Shown here: positions 9,383 to 20,501 of the stretch, piece by piece | Numbering within the stretch: position 1 is the stretch's first letter | Layout: each line of letters starts with the position of its first letter | Source: an uncultured delta proteobacterium | Lineage (GTDB): Bacteria > Desulfobacterota > Desulfobacteria > Desulfobacterales > Desulfatirhabdiaceae | Length of the DNA stretch: 64,000 nt | NCBI GenBank assembly: GCA_963789395.1 | Contig: CAWBKP010000022.1 | Span: 224,001 to 288,000, forward strand | Direction of reading: 5' to 3' | Made by a program: the position numbers and the translations under genes | The notes under the pieces: model-generated | What the model was told of the DNA's origin: nothing | Databases searched by the model: none | The model's input: only the letters and a program-made list of their open reading frames with translations

Positions 9383-11416
9383 TCAGTAATTTGCGATCTT
9401 GGCCTGCATCTCGGGAGTCAATTGTTTGACAAGCTCCGCACTAACGGCATTGGATGAGACAGTTGCGAAAGTGGAGAGGCCACCCAATATCCTTTCGGTC
9501 CCGATTGCATACGAACGCGAAACTGCTGCGATCGACCCGTCCTGTGCCGCGGGATCGACATCTACCGCAATTATCGAAATCGTATTGTCGCTGTTGCGGA
9601 CGATATCAAACGTTCGGAACTGCTGGGGAAAGTCCCTGAGCGATGCGGTCTCGACCTCCCAGAAGCCGGTTTCTGGATGGGAGGGGTCGGGTTGTGGGGT
9701 AATGGTGTTCATGTGACGATGTCCCGCGATCCACAGCAAAAGATTCGGATAGTTGTGAAGTGTGGCAAGTAATTCATTGTCGGTTTTGATGGAATGGGGA
9801 TCGGGGCTTGGAGGATCGTAGAAAATATTCATTTGGGTTGTCGGGCTGGTGAGACCCGTTTGAGGTCCAACCGGCACGTGTGCGGCGATGATCATGAGCA
9901 TCCCATCGGCCTGCCCTCTATCGAGTTCACCTACAAGCCAGTCGTAGCGTCTCTGATCCAAACACCCCTGAGCATAATATGGAGGGACTTTAGCATTGAC
10001 ATTTGCCTTGCAAGTATCGTCGAGCACAAGTACCCGGATCGGCATATTCGTCTTGGGCTCGAAGGTGTAGCAGGCAAAGTCCGTATCGATGTTGGACTGC
10101 GTGAATCCGTGACCCACCGGGGTCGATGTGGTATTAAAGAATTCATTCATCCAATTCAAGGTCGATGAGCCGGTTGTCGGGTTGTTCGAGATGGTCGCCG
10201 CGCTGAGCGACCGGCGATCCGGATCAGCGGCAACTTTCGGGGGAGTTGCGAAGTACGCGACCGGGCCAACGCCTCTGACGATCCCGTCGGGTGTCGATCC
10301 GTCGACAACCCCCATGTAATAGCCCTGGTTATCAGCTGGAGGCAGGTTCATATTACTGCTTGCTGTTTGGATCGTATCGCCGACATAGTGACTCCGGATG
10401 TAATCATCCACAAGGAAGGTTCCCATGTAAAACTGATCGTGGTTGCCGACCACCTGATACCAGGGGATCGATTTGTTGAGTCCGGCCGCTCGGTAGGGTT
10501 TCTGATAATCGATATAGCTTGCTCCGACGTGATCGCCTGAACTGGGGGTGATTTGCTTGCCGTCAATGACATCGATATACCATCTGAGTTCGTTGTACTG
10601 CGTGTTGTTGATCGCATCGCCGAGAAAAATGCCGAAATCAAAGGGTTTCTGATTGTGGAGTGCGTTGACCGTCTGGATAGCTGTATCGAGGACTTGGGTC
10701 GTATAGCAAATAACCGGTGAATATGCCGAAGAAGTGTTCATGCCTTCTCCGGAGCCACCTGGACCGTTCGATCCGAAGGTTGCGGTCCAACCGTAATAAA
10801 TCCCCTGAGCCGGAGATTCTTTATCTGCGATATGAACGTCAGTTATGGTGAAGAAATTCAAAAGGTGGCTCGCTTTTGTGACAGATTCCCCTGTGTAGCC
10901 CACAGGCATAATGTCGGTATTTTTGGCCAAAGAGAGGCCGGGCCCTTCCTGCCACGTACCGAAACCGAAAATATCGTATAAAAAAAGATCAGCCGGGGAA
11001 ATCTGGGGCGTGTAAGGGGACAAAGCTACAGGAATAACCGTCTTCTGGAGGGTCGTAAAAACATCTGCCGCAATCGGGTACGATCCCATGTTGATCGATA
11101 CAATGTTGGAGTATTGACTGACGCCGGTATTATCGCGGGACTGGACTGCAAAATAGAAAGCGGCGCCGGCCGGCAGTTCTCCTGACACGCTTTTCCGAGT
11201 TCCCATATCCAAGCTCACGATGGATGCCGGTCCCGTAAACGGCATTGGAGCATAGGACAATAAATACCCCGTTGCTCCCGCAACTTCGGTCCAGGAAAGA
11301 CAGGTCCAACTCCCATTCGTGACACTTAACACCGGGGGCTGTGGCTGAGCGCTTGCCGGGCCTGATATCAAAAACAATGCACAGGCCGTTACAAAAAGAT
11401 ATTTTTTCAATTTCAT
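9383..11416 (-). CDS. Secreted calcineurin-like metallophosphoesterase (TIGR03768/RPA4764-like) with N-terminal FN3-like domain
   Basis: TDVHIADKESP, LGDAINN, GNHD, AAHVP, AGHRH, ETASLRDFPQQFRTF; signal peptide from MKLKK. Confidence 0.82.
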   Translation of the reverse strand: MKLKKYLFVTACALFLISGPASAQPQPPVLSVTNGSWTCLSWTEVAGATGYLLSYAPMPFTGPASIVSLDMGTRKSVSGELPAGAAFYFAVQSRDNTGVSQYSNIVSINMGSYPIAADVFTTLQKTVIPVALSPYTPQISPADLFLYDIFGFGTWQEGPGLSLAKNTDIMPVGYTGESVTKASHLLNFFTITDVHIADKESPAQGIYYGWTATFGSNGPGGSGEGMNTSSAYSPVICYTTQVLDTAIQTVNALHNQKPFDFGIFLGDAINNTQYNELRWYIDVIDGKQITPSSGDHVGASYIDYQKPYRAAGLNKSIPWYQVVGNHDQFYMGTFLVDDYIRSHYVGDTIQTASSNMNLPPADNQGYYMGVVDGSTPDGIVRGVGPVAYFATPPKVAADPDRRSLSAATISNNPTTGSSTLNWMNEFFNTTSTPVGHGFTQSNIDTDFACYTFEPKTNMPIRVLVLDDTCKANVNAKVPPYYAQGCLDQRRYDWLVGELDRGQADGMLMIIAAHVPVGPQTGLTSPTTQMNIFYDPPSPDPHSIKTDNELLATLHNYPNLLLWIAGHRHMNTITPQPDPSHPETGFWEVETASLRDFPQQFRTFDIVRNSDNTISIIAVDVDPAAQDGSIAAVSRSYAIGTERILGGLSTFATVSSNAVSAELVKQLTPEMQAKIANY

Positions 11417-11672
11417 AAGGGATTCCTTGTTATCAGGTAACTGCTCAGGCACAAAGTGGCAAAGACACAGAGGCACATAGAGAAATGGTTGAAAGCCCAT
11501 AAGATGAGGATATGTGCATGGGAACTCGAGTTATTGTCAGCATATGAAGAAAAAACAAGTAAACTTTGTGCCTGTATGCCTCAGTGCCTTTGAACCTGAG
11601 TAGTTACGTTGTTAGGTTGATTGCCATGGTCTCCAGCTGTTTCGGTTAGGATATGATATTTGCTGTTAAAGA

Positions 11673-12113
11673 TCAGGCTGACGGTACCAACGCCTGGAAA
11701 TAGTCGGTTGATCCACCGCTCTGGTTTGAGTTCGAGCCGCTTTGTGTTGGGCTGTCAGGCACCACTCCGATCGATTGCAATTGATCAAAAAACTGTTGGA
11801 CGATGGATGGGTCACAGGGGTGATGGGTATTGCTCAAAGACTGCAATTGCTGTGTGAGTTGAGCCAGACTGTCGGTCGATGTCGTGGCTGGGTTGGGTGT
11901 TGCGTTACTCTGGTTTGAGTTCGAGCCGCTTTGTGTTGGGCTGTCAGGCAACACCCCGATCGATTGCAATTGAGCCAGAAACAGTTGGCCAATGGATGGG
12001 TCACAGGGGTGATGGGTCTTGCTCAAAGACTGCAACTGCTGTGTGAGTTGAGTAAGACCGTCGAACGATGCTTGATATATGCTGCCGTTTGATGAAATTC
12101 CTGAGATTGACAT
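11673..12113 (-). CDS. Hypothetical Ser/Gln-rich protein with two copies of a ~52-aa repeat
   Basis: RBS AGGAGG; LxQLTQQLQSLSxTHHPCDPSI...QLQSIGVxPDSPTQSGSNSNQS twice, in frame. Confidence 0.7.
   Translation of the reverse strand: MSISGISSNGSIYQASFDGLTQLTQQLQSLSKTHHPCDPSIGQLFLAQLQSIGVLPDSPTQSGSNSNQSNATPNPATTSTDSLAQLTQQLQSLSNTHHPCDPSIVQQFFDQLQSIGVVPDSPTQSGSNSNQSGGSTDYFQALVPSA
11719..12063. repeat. Direct repeat of about 155 bp (11719-11874 and 11908-12063), 189-bp period
   Basis: CTCTGGTTTGAGTTCGAGCCGCTTTGTGTTGGGCTGTCAGGC starts both copies. Confidence 0.9.
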
Positions 12114-12209
12114 GAATGCCCTCCTGCTCCCTTGTGGGAACTACACTTGTAACGGATTATAAGAAATTTAGGGTTGCACGCCCTAATAGTGCTACTTTCT
12201 CCTGTTGTA

Positions 12210-12226
12210 TGCAAAAATACAGCCAA
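12210..12226 (-). promoter_or_regulatory. Putative sigma-54 promoter for the repeat-protein gene
   Basis: Minus strand TTGGCTGTATTTTTGCA, GG-N10-GC spacing, about 100 bp above the start. Confidence 0.5.
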
Positions 12227-12626
12227 TTAATAATGCGTACTTGGCCCAAGCCCCGAAGCCATTCTCTATCACTATGATGTTGTATTAGATCGTAATCCTG
12301 GACAGATGGTTAATGGTATCTTTCCGGCAGCATGTTTAAAGTCAATGTTTTGACGCAGTTCCAAAACCACTATCCTATGATGCTCGCTTTTTTAAATCCT
12401 CGAGTCAACCTGCCCGACAATTGAAATCAATTCATTAAAAATATGGACAAATGATATTGTTTCTGATAGCAAAAAACTGAAATAAATTTTTTTAATTAAG
12501 TTTATATCAATTTGTTTTTACTGATTGTTGCTATGATAAACAGGCATTGTATCTTCAGCCTGTAATACTCGATCGTCTGAGTTATTGATTTTGAAACCGA
12601 TTGCACTCAATAAAGGAGGGCCCGAA

Positions 12627-13904
12627 ATGAAATTAAAGTATTTCAGAATGTTGGTGCTTTTTCTGGCCGCAGTATTCATGATCCTGCCTGCCCGGCAGGT
12701 CCTGGCGGCAAAACCGATCGTCCTGGGCTGTCCCCTTTCGACGGCCTTTCTTTACGGATGGGCTGCGGAAAGAGGGGTTAAACTGGCGGTTGAAGAAATT
12801 AATGCCAAAGGCGGGGTCAATGTAAAAGGGGAAATGCGCCCTTTTGAAGTTGAAGTGATCGATACACGCGATCTGGAGCCGGGGGTTCCTGTCAGTGATG
12901 CCCTTTTGGCAGTGGAAAAGCTGATCCTTGATAAAAAAGCCGATTTCATTCTGGGCGGTCCCGTACGCTCCGAAGCAGCCCTTGCCGCCATGCCGCTTTT
13001 ATCGAAATACCAGAAAGTTTCCATCCTTACCACGGGTGTGCTGACCCCAAAGTACACTGCACTGGTGGCTGAACAGTACGACAAATTCAAATACTGCTTT
13101 CGAATCCATGGAGAGGCAAAAAATTTAGTGGGTGAGATGTTCGCCAACTTCACCGAACTGAAAGAAAAATACGGATTCAATAACCTGTTCATTATCGCCC
13201 AGGATGTTTCCCATGCCAGGGGTGCTGCCGAAGTGATGAAGGACGTGGCCACAAAAAAAGGCTGGAATGTCACCGGCGTTGAGATTTACCCCACGGGCGC
13301 TACGGATTTTTCCATGGGACTGCTGAAAGCCAAGAAGACGGACTCGCAGATAATCAATATCTGGATGGATATGCCGGAAAGCGCTATTTTGCTGAAACAG
13401 TGGTATGAAATGCAAATCCCCGCACTGCCGTTCGGCTCGACTTTGGCGGCTGCAGAGCAGCCCAGTTTCTGGGATGCCACGGACGGAAAAGGCCAATACA
13501 CACTTTGTAATGTGGTCAATGCCGGCAACGCCCCCTCCGAAGCCACCCCGTGGACCATGAAATTCTACGACGCCTATACCAAAAAATGGGGCGTGGAGCC
13601 GGAGGGCCTTGGCTCATCCAGCAGCTACATGGCCGTTTATGTGCTGCGGGATGCCATCGAGCGCGCGGGCACCCTGGATTCCGACAAGGTGGTGGCAGAG
13701 CTTGAAAAGACGGATATCATGGGGGTTTATGGCAGGCTCCGGTTCGATCCCAAAAGCCATCAGGTCATCCCTGCCACGGACCCCAAGGAAGGCGCGGTCG
13801 GAACCATCCTGCAGTGGCAGAACGGCAAGCGGGTGGTGGTCTATCCCAAAAGCATCGCAACGGGAAGTATCCTGTTGCCTCCGTGGATGAAGGAGAGCAA
13901 ATAA
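12627..13904 (+). CDS. ABC substrate-binding protein, Liv/HAAT family
   Basis: Signal peptide; LAVEEINAKGGV, DAIERAGTLD; RBS AGGAGG. Confidence 0.9.
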   Translation: MKLKYFRMLVLFLAAVFMILPARQVLAAKPIVLGCPLSTAFLYGWAAERGVKLAVEEINAKGGVNVKGEMRPFEVEVIDTRDLEPGVPVSDALLAVEKLILDKKADFILGGPVRSEAALAAMPLLSKYQKVSILTTGVLTPKYTALVAEQYDKFKYCFRIHGEAKNLVGEMFANFTELKEKYGFNNLFIIAQDVSHARGAAEVMKDVATKKGWNVTGVEIYPTGATDFSMGLLKAKKTDSQIINIWMDMPESAILLKQWYEMQIPALPFGSTLAAAEQPSFWDATDGKGQYTLCNVVNAGNAPSEATPWTMKFYDAYTKKWGVEPEGLGSSSSYMAVYVLRDAIERAGTLDSDKVVAELEKTDIMGVYGRLRFDPKSHQVIPATDPKEGAVGTILQWQNGKRVVVYPKSIATGSILLPPWMKESK

Positions 13905-13985
13905 TTATTTTTTGCGGCTGACGCAGAAAGCGCGGGAAACAGGTGCTTTCTGCTATCCTTAAATACGCCGGGACATGACGATATT

Positions 13986-14852
13986 ATGGATATTTTGATC
14001 TACGGAACCATCAACAGTGTGACGCTGGCACTTTATGCGATCGGCTTTGCCATGGTCTACGGCGTCAGCCGACTGCCCAATTTCGCCCACGGCGCCCTAT
14101 ATGTGGTCAGCGGGTTCATTACCTGGAGTTTTTTGAATCTGCTGGGGATGAACTACCTGCTCAGTATCATTCTGGCGCTGATTTCAACAGCCATCATCGG
14201 TGCGTTGATATACCAGTTTGTGCTCATTCGTGTTCGGGGCATGGAAATTTCGGAAATCATCGCCTCCTATGCCATCGGGTTGGCGATTCTGGAAGGACTC
14301 AGATGGGGCGGTTTCAAGGGCCTGACCTATACCCTGCCGGCCTTTATCGAGGGCAGCATGGAGATTGCCGGCGTATCGGTGGATAACCAGCGCCTTCTGG
14401 TGGTCGGCATCGGGGCTGCCGTGGTGGGGCTGCTGTGGCTGTTCACCCGCTACACGCGCATCGGCCTTGCCATGCGAGGCATGGCACAGGACGAGCGAGC
14501 GGCCCTGATGCTGGGTATCGATTCCGATTTGATAGCGGTTATGGCCATGGGTTTCGGCTCCATGCTGGCGGGTTTGGCCGCGGTGTTGCTGCTGCCACTG
14601 GGCAACATTGTCGTTGAGGCCGGCTATAATATATTGATCCTGGCCATTGCCGTTTGCATCGTAGGGGGTCTGGGAAGCTGGATGGGCGCTGTGATGGCCG
14701 CTTTCCTGATCGGTTTTGCCCAGATTCTGACCGTCGTGTATCTTGGCGCCCATTACCAGATGGTGGTGGCGCTGCTGGCAATCATATTAACACTCATCCT
14801 CAGACCATCGGGGCTTTTCGGGAGGCAGAAACAACTGGAGGAGAGAGTCTAA
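13986..14852 (+). CDS. ABC permease, LivH-like
   Basis: NFAHGA, IVGGLGS, LRPSGLFG. Confidence 0.9.
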   Translation: MDILIYGTINSVTLALYAIGFAMVYGVSRLPNFAHGALYVVSGFITWSFLNLLGMNYLLSIILALISTAIIGALIYQFVLIRVRGMEISEIIASYAIGLAILEGLRWGGFKGLTYTLPAFIEGSMEIAGVSVDNQRLLVVGIGAAVVGLLWLFTRYTRIGLAMRGMAQDERAALMLGIDSDLIAVMAMGFGSMLAGLAAVLLLPLGNIVVEAGYNILILAIAVCIVGGLGSWMGAVMAAFLIGFAQILTVVYLGAHYQMVVALLAIILTLILRPSGLFGRQKQLEERV

Positions 14853-15869
14853 ATGGGAAATGATACCCAGAGCCGCAAGGAGCGAATCGACCGGGGCATC
14901 AAGGTGCGTTCGGACGGTATCTATGCCCTGATGTCCATCAGGGAATTGTCATATCTTACCTTGCCGCGACTGATCCTTATTATTGGGCTGCTGGCCCTGC
15001 CGCTGCTGTTGCCGGGCATGTACTGGCAACGCGTCATCACCATCACCTGCATCTACTCCCTTTTGGCGCTCAGCTTCGACTTTCTGGCCCATTTCGTCGG
15101 GCTGGTTTCACTGGGAGGGGCTTTTTTCGTCGGTGTCGGCGGTTATATGGCCGCCATAATGAATACAACCTTCGGCCTGCCTCCGTGGCTGACCGTTCCG
15201 CTGGCCGCCCTGGCCGGAGGCGGCATCTGCACGTTGCTGCTGTTGCCGTGCCTGCCGTTAAGGGGGGTATACTTTGCCATTGTGAGTCTCATGTATCCCC
15301 TTTTTGTGGCGCGACTGATCGAAGCCCTGAATATTCTCGGCGGAACCGACGGCATCACCGGCATTGACAGTTTTTCCAACCGCTGGGTGGAACAGTACTT
15401 TATCATCGGCATTTTGCTCCTGCTCCTGTTTGGCGTCAGAAGGCTGGTTACCACCGATATCGGCCTTGTTCTGCGCGGTGTCAAGGACAACGACCAGGCG
15501 ATCCGGGCCTCCGGAATGAACGTTACCCTGTATAAAGCCATGGCCGTATATATCGCCTCGTCCATGGGATGTCTGAGCGGCGCATGTCTGGTGCATATCT
15601 ATATGTGGTCCGGGATTTCCCAGTTTGCACTCGATTTTTCAATTCTGCCCATTGCCGCCACGGTGATCGGCGGTGGAGGAACCCTTGTCGGACCCGTACT
15701 GGGTTGCCTGATTCTGGTTCCCATCTCAGAGCTGTTGCGGGAGTTCGGAACCCTTCGCGTTGTTTTCTATGCATTGATCCTGGTCGCCTTTATCATTTTC
15801 CGCAGCGAAGGGATCATGGTTTACGGGCAGCGTAAATATCAACAGTTTGAAAGGTGGACCCGGATATGA
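14853..15869 (+). CDS. ABC permease, LivM-like
   Basis: GLVSLG, LRGVYFAI, IGGGGTLVGP. Confidence 0.9.
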   Translation: MGNDTQSRKERIDRGIKVRSDGIYALMSIRELSYLTLPRLILIIGLLALPLLLPGMYWQRVITITCIYSLLALSFDFLAHFVGLVSLGGAFFVGVGGYMAAIMNTTFGLPPWLTVPLAALAGGGICTLLLLPCLPLRGVYFAIVSLMYPLFVARLIEALNILGGTDGITGIDSFSNRWVEQYFIIGILLLLLFGVRRLVTTDIGLVLRGVKDNDQAIRASGMNVTLYKAMAVYIASSMGCLSGACLVHIYMWSGISQFALDFSILPIAATVIGGGGTLVGPVLGCLILVPISELLREFGTLRVVFYALILVAFIIFRSEGIMVYGQRKYQQFERWTRI

Positions 15870-16667
15870 AACCGGATGCAGATAAAGAGCCCATTCTCCG
15901 GGTAGAAAAAGTCAGCAAGGCTTTTGGCGGCATACAGGCTTTAAGCGGCGTCAGTTTCGATGTCCATGAAGGCGAAATTTTAGGGATCATCGGCCCCAAC
16001 GGCTCGGGGAAAACGACCGTGGTAAACTGCATCACCGGATTCATCAAAAAAACGTCCGGCCGCGTTTTCTTCCGGGGCAGGGATATCTCCAACACAGCCG
16101 CCCCATAAGATTGCCGACATGGGTGTTACCCGCACATTTCAGATCATGCGGCCCTATTTCACCCTGCCGGCCTATAAGAACCTGGTGATTCCCCTTTTTT
16201 CTCCCCGGGCAAAACGTACGGGGGGATGGCGCGGCGGCGGGAGGCTGGGGGACAGAAACACCGTCAGCATCGATATTCTGGAGGAGATCGGCTTTGAGCG
16301 GGATTCCTATGTGCCTTACAAAACCGCCTCCACGCTTCCCACCGGCTATCTCAAGCGCCTGGAACTGGCCCGCTGCCTGGCTTTAAAACCCGAGATCATT
16401 ATTTGTGACGAAGTATTTTCCGGCCTAAGCATGAGCGAAATAGCCAGCATGGTGCCCCTGATCGAGCGGCTGCAAATGGACGGCATTACCCTGATCATGA
16501 TCGAACACCGGCTCAGGGAACTGTTCCGGGTAGCCAACCGGATCCTGGTGCTCAATTTCGGGGAAAAGCTTACGGAAGGCAGTGCGGAAGCGGTCATGGC
16601 CGATGAGCGGGTTAAAGCGGCTTATTTCGGGTCTCAGAAGGTTGAGGAGATTATGAAACATGCTTGA
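15866..16667 (+). CDS. ABC ATPase, LivG-like; frameshift near 16098
   Basis: GPNGSGKTT in 5' ORF; RTFQ, DEVFSGL, IEH in 3' ORF. Confidence 0.88.
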
Positions 16668-17421
16668 GGCGACCGGGCTGATGGTGTTTTACGAAAATAT
16701 GCTGGCGCTCAACAATATCCATATCCGCTGCGGGGTCAACCAGATCGTTGGGGTCTTCGGCGCCAACAGCGCCGGCAAATCGACACTGATGTACGCCTTG
16801 TCCGGCATCATGCAGGATATTCAAAAAAAAGAAGCCATGGCCGGCGGCGAACGGATCACGCTGATGGGCGATATCCGGTTCATGGGCGAAGATATTTCAA
16901 GCCTGAAACCCAGCCAGCGGGCACGCAAAGGCATCGTGCTCTGCCCGGAAAGGCGGCGCATATTTAACGAAAGCAGCGTTCTTGAAAATCTTAAAATCGG
17001 CGGGTACCTGGCTTCATCCTCCGAGGCCCGCAATACGCTCGACTATGTATTCAACATCTTTCCGCCCCTTAAAAAGCTTAAAAAGCGCATCGGCGGTTTC
17101 CTGAGCGGGGGCGAACAGCAGATGCTGGCGATCGGCCGGGCATTGATGGCGCAGCCCAAAATCCTGCTTCTGGACGAACCGCTCATGGGCCTGAGCCCTT
17201 TGATGCAGGCCGAGCTGATTCTTGCCACCAAGGGGATTTGTGATGAAATGAAGCTATCGGTCATCATTACCGAACAATATGCCCGGCCGGTTTTGCCGAT
17301 CGTGGATTACGCCTATATTCTCGAAAACGGGTCGGCGGTAATGGAAGGCAGCAGACAGGAGCTTATGGACAACCCGGACGTTCGCTCCGCTTATTTCGGG
17401 ATCGAGGAGTCGCCTGCATGA
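16660..17421 (+). CDS. ABC ATPase, LivF-like
   Basis: GANSAGKST, LSGGEQQMLAIGRALM, LLDEP. Confidence 0.9.
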   Translation: MLEATGLMVFYENMLALNNIHIRCGVNQIVGVFGANSAGKSTLMYALSGIMQDIQKKEAMAGGERITLMGDIRFMGEDISSLKPSQRARKGIVLCPERRRIFNESSVLENLKIGGYLASSSEARNTLDYVFNIFPPLKKLKKRIGGFLSGGEQQMLAIGRALMAQPKILLLDEPLMGLSPLMQAELILATKGICDEMKLSVIITEQYARPVLPIVDYAYILENGSAVMEGSRQELMDNPDVRSAYFGIEESPA

Positions 17422-17436
17422 CAAGAACCGCTGACA

Positions 17437-19103
17437 ATGAACTATGCCAATGAGCTGACCTATACACGGTTTGACAGGATGGCGGAGAAATACCCGCGGA
17501 ATACGGCAATTATCTATCTGGGCGAGAAGTTTTCCTTTTCGCCGGCTGTATGACTTGAGCGCGCGTTTTGCCGGGCGCCCTTCAGGATCTGGGAGTCTGC
17601 AAGGGGGACCGGGTGATGATCTATGTCTCCAATTGCATCCAATGGGTCATCGCTTTTATCGGCATCCAGAAACTGGGGGCGGTGATCGTTCCGGTTTCGC
17701 CGATCTACACCTCTCACGAACTCGACTACATGGTCAAAGATTCAGGAGCGGAAACCCTCATCTGCCTGGACACCAATTTTTGCTATGTCAAGGAGGTGAT
17801 GGAAAAAGCGGGTTTAAAACGGGTGATCGTCACCAATCTTGTAGATCTGCTCCCGCCATGGAAACGGTATCTGGGTGTTCTCTTCGATAAAATTCCCAAC
17901 GGCAAAGTCGATTACAGCCCGGGCGTTCACAGCTTCAAGTCCCTTTTGCAGCATGCGCCGCTCAAGATGCCGTCACACATGGATCCCATGCAGGATCTCT
18001 CCTACCTGCTGTATACCGGCGGGACAACCGGTTTTCCAAAGGGCGTTTCCGGCAATCACAGCGGGATGACGTCGTATGTCAACGATGTTACCGACGATGT
18101 GGCTGGTGACAGGCTGCTGGAAGGCCGGGATGTCTATATCGCGGTCAATCCGCTGTTTCACATTATGGCACTCGGGCTGTTTATGGCGATCGGCCTGAAC
18201 AAGGGCAACGCCACGGTGCTGATGCCCGTTCCCCAAGTCGACGCAATTCTGGAATGTATCCAGCGATTCGGCGTCCGGTGGATTCTGGGTGTGCCCGCCC
18301 TGTACCGGATGATGCTTGATAATGACCGGCTTGATCAGTATAAACTCGATTCGCTTCAATATTGCTTCTGTGGCGGTGATGTGCTTCCCGTTGAGATATT
18401 TAACCGCTGGGAGGCGCATTTCAATATTCCGATCTATCAGGTATACGGGTCCACCGAGGTGGGACACGTTTGCTACAGCCGGATCGACAAGAAGCCGAAA
18501 CCCGGAACCATCGGTCTTCCCTTGAGAAGCCGGGAATGCATGGTCGTAAACCCCGCGACGCTTGAGCCGGTCTCCGCCGGTGAAAGCGGAGAGCTGCTCG
18601 TCTCTTCACCCTACACCATCAAAGGCTATTGGAACAAGCCGGATGAAACCGAGCGGACCTGTGTTTCGATCGGCGGTAAAGTTTTTTGCCGCATGGGCGA
18701 TTTCGTATCTGAAGATGAGGATGGCGAGCTTTATTATGTGGAGCGCAGTGCCGATCTCATCAAGCATAAAGGCTACCGGATTTCGGCATCGGAAGTGGAG
18801 GCCATCCTTCAGGATCATCCCACGGTTATCGGTGCCTGCGTTGTGGGCGTACCCGACGCGCGGGTCGGTGAACGGATAAAAGCCATCGTGGTGCTGAAAG
18901 AAGACGCGCGGGGTGTTGGGGGGTCGGACCTGATTAAATGGTGCCGCGAACATCTGGCTCCCTATAAAGTTCCCGCATATATCGAATTCAGAGACATGCT
19001 GCCCAAATCCAAGGTCGGCAAACTGCTGCGCAGGGAGATCCGCGATGAAGAGCGGCGGCGCGTCTCCAAGGGTAAAGATCAGGGGTCTGCAGTCTCTGGA
19101 TAA
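17437..19103 (+). CDS. Acyl/aryl-CoA ligase (AMP-binding); frameshifts near 17541 and 17575
   Basis: YTGGTTGFPKG, YGSTE, MGD, PKSKVGKLLRR; N-terminus MNYANELTYTRFD in a shifted frame. Confidence 0.88.
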
Positions 19104-19140
19104 CTGTGCCAACAGATTGCCTTTTTGATCCCCGGAACGG

Positions 19141-20482
19141 CTAAGAGGGAAAACACCTGGCAAAGGCCTTCATGAGACTGGGGGACCCTTTGATACGAAT
19201 TTTTCCTTGAATCAGGGCCAAAAGCAGATTTTTTTCCTTGGCCAGAAATCCAACCCAGGTGCGGCTGTCGGCGGTAACATGCAGGTCGGCGTTTCCCACG
19301 TGACCCATGGAGACTTCGATGCTTTTGTTTTTGATGACCACCGTGCTTTTTAATGCTTCTTGGCCGGTAAACGTGAAATGGTAAGTGGAATTAATCCCCT
19401 CTGATTTCCCCCTTTGAAAAACGATGGGCAAACTTTCCAGAAACCTTCCTGCCGTATCGGGCCGAAGCCCGTTTCCGATCTTTTTGCAATGCTTGTGCGG
19501 GAAACGCTTGGCTGTATAGGCCTCGGCATCGGAGCCGGGAACCACATAGATGGTTTCCACCTTGTCCTGGAAAGGTTTGACCACGTCATTCAGGTATTCC
19601 TTCCGGTTCTCCAGAAAAGGGCCGATGAGCTCCTCTCCGGCCGGGCAGACAGCCATGCAAGTGGAGGATTTGTTGCAGATGCCATAGCTCAAGGACTGCC
19701 ACATGGAAACCGTATCCGAATCGCTGACCTTTTTCCGGTAAGTTCGCTACGTTCTTGCTTGAGACCATCATTTCCACCCAATCGATAAATCCGCCCAGGC
19801 GATCCCGGTAATTGTGGGTCATGCAGGCGGTAAAATTGAAATGGCCGTCCGGTTCGATGGCCCCGACCGGGCAAACGGAGACGCAGAGCCCGCATTCAAT
19901 GCAGGGATTGAAATCCAGCGGTTGATCATAGGCGGCGGCTTCCTTGTCTATGAGCAGGGTGTTTAAAATAACGAAGCTACCGAATCGGGGATGGATCAGC
20001 AGGCGGTGATGACCCAATTTCCCCAAGCCACCGGCAACGGCAATGGGTTTATGGGAGATCGGCCACATTTTCCCCGGCCACTTGGCCATGTTCATGGGAA
20101 AACCGCAGGAAGGATTGAGCGCGGCCACGCCATTGTCATGAAGAGTCTGTATTATCTGACGGGATACGGAATTCGCTTTTTCAAAGATCTGAAGAAACTC
20201 CAGGTCGGATACATCTCGGGATACGCAGCGGATATTTTCGGGGTGGAGTTTGCAGACAATGCTCATCAGGCTTCTGGTGCGCGGGAAAATCTCCAGAATA
20301 TCCTTTCGGTGAACTGCTATTTCCGGACGATCGATCTCGACCAGGGCGACGTCGTCTGCACCGGCTTCAATGGCGATGTTTTTCAGCCATGCAGCGTCGA
20401 GAAAGGTTCGGGGTGACGCGGTTGGATCGGCTGTTTGCTTTTCCCGGTAATGCTTGACCGTTGGGTGTTCTTCCAGTTGCAT
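19141..20482 (-). CDS. QueG/reductive-dehalogenase-like Fe-S protein fused to a C-terminal SCP2 domain; frameshift near 19742
   Basis: SHKPIAVAGGLG...IHPRFGS; CIECGLCVSVCP; CMAVCP; SCP2-like tail ALIQGKIRIKG. Confidence 0.75.
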
Positions 20483-20501
20483 AATGCTACCCCCGGATTT
20501 C

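Noticed and set aside
11719..12063. Direct repeats as a CRISPR array
   Set aside because: Only two long in-frame coding copies; no spacer array or cas genes
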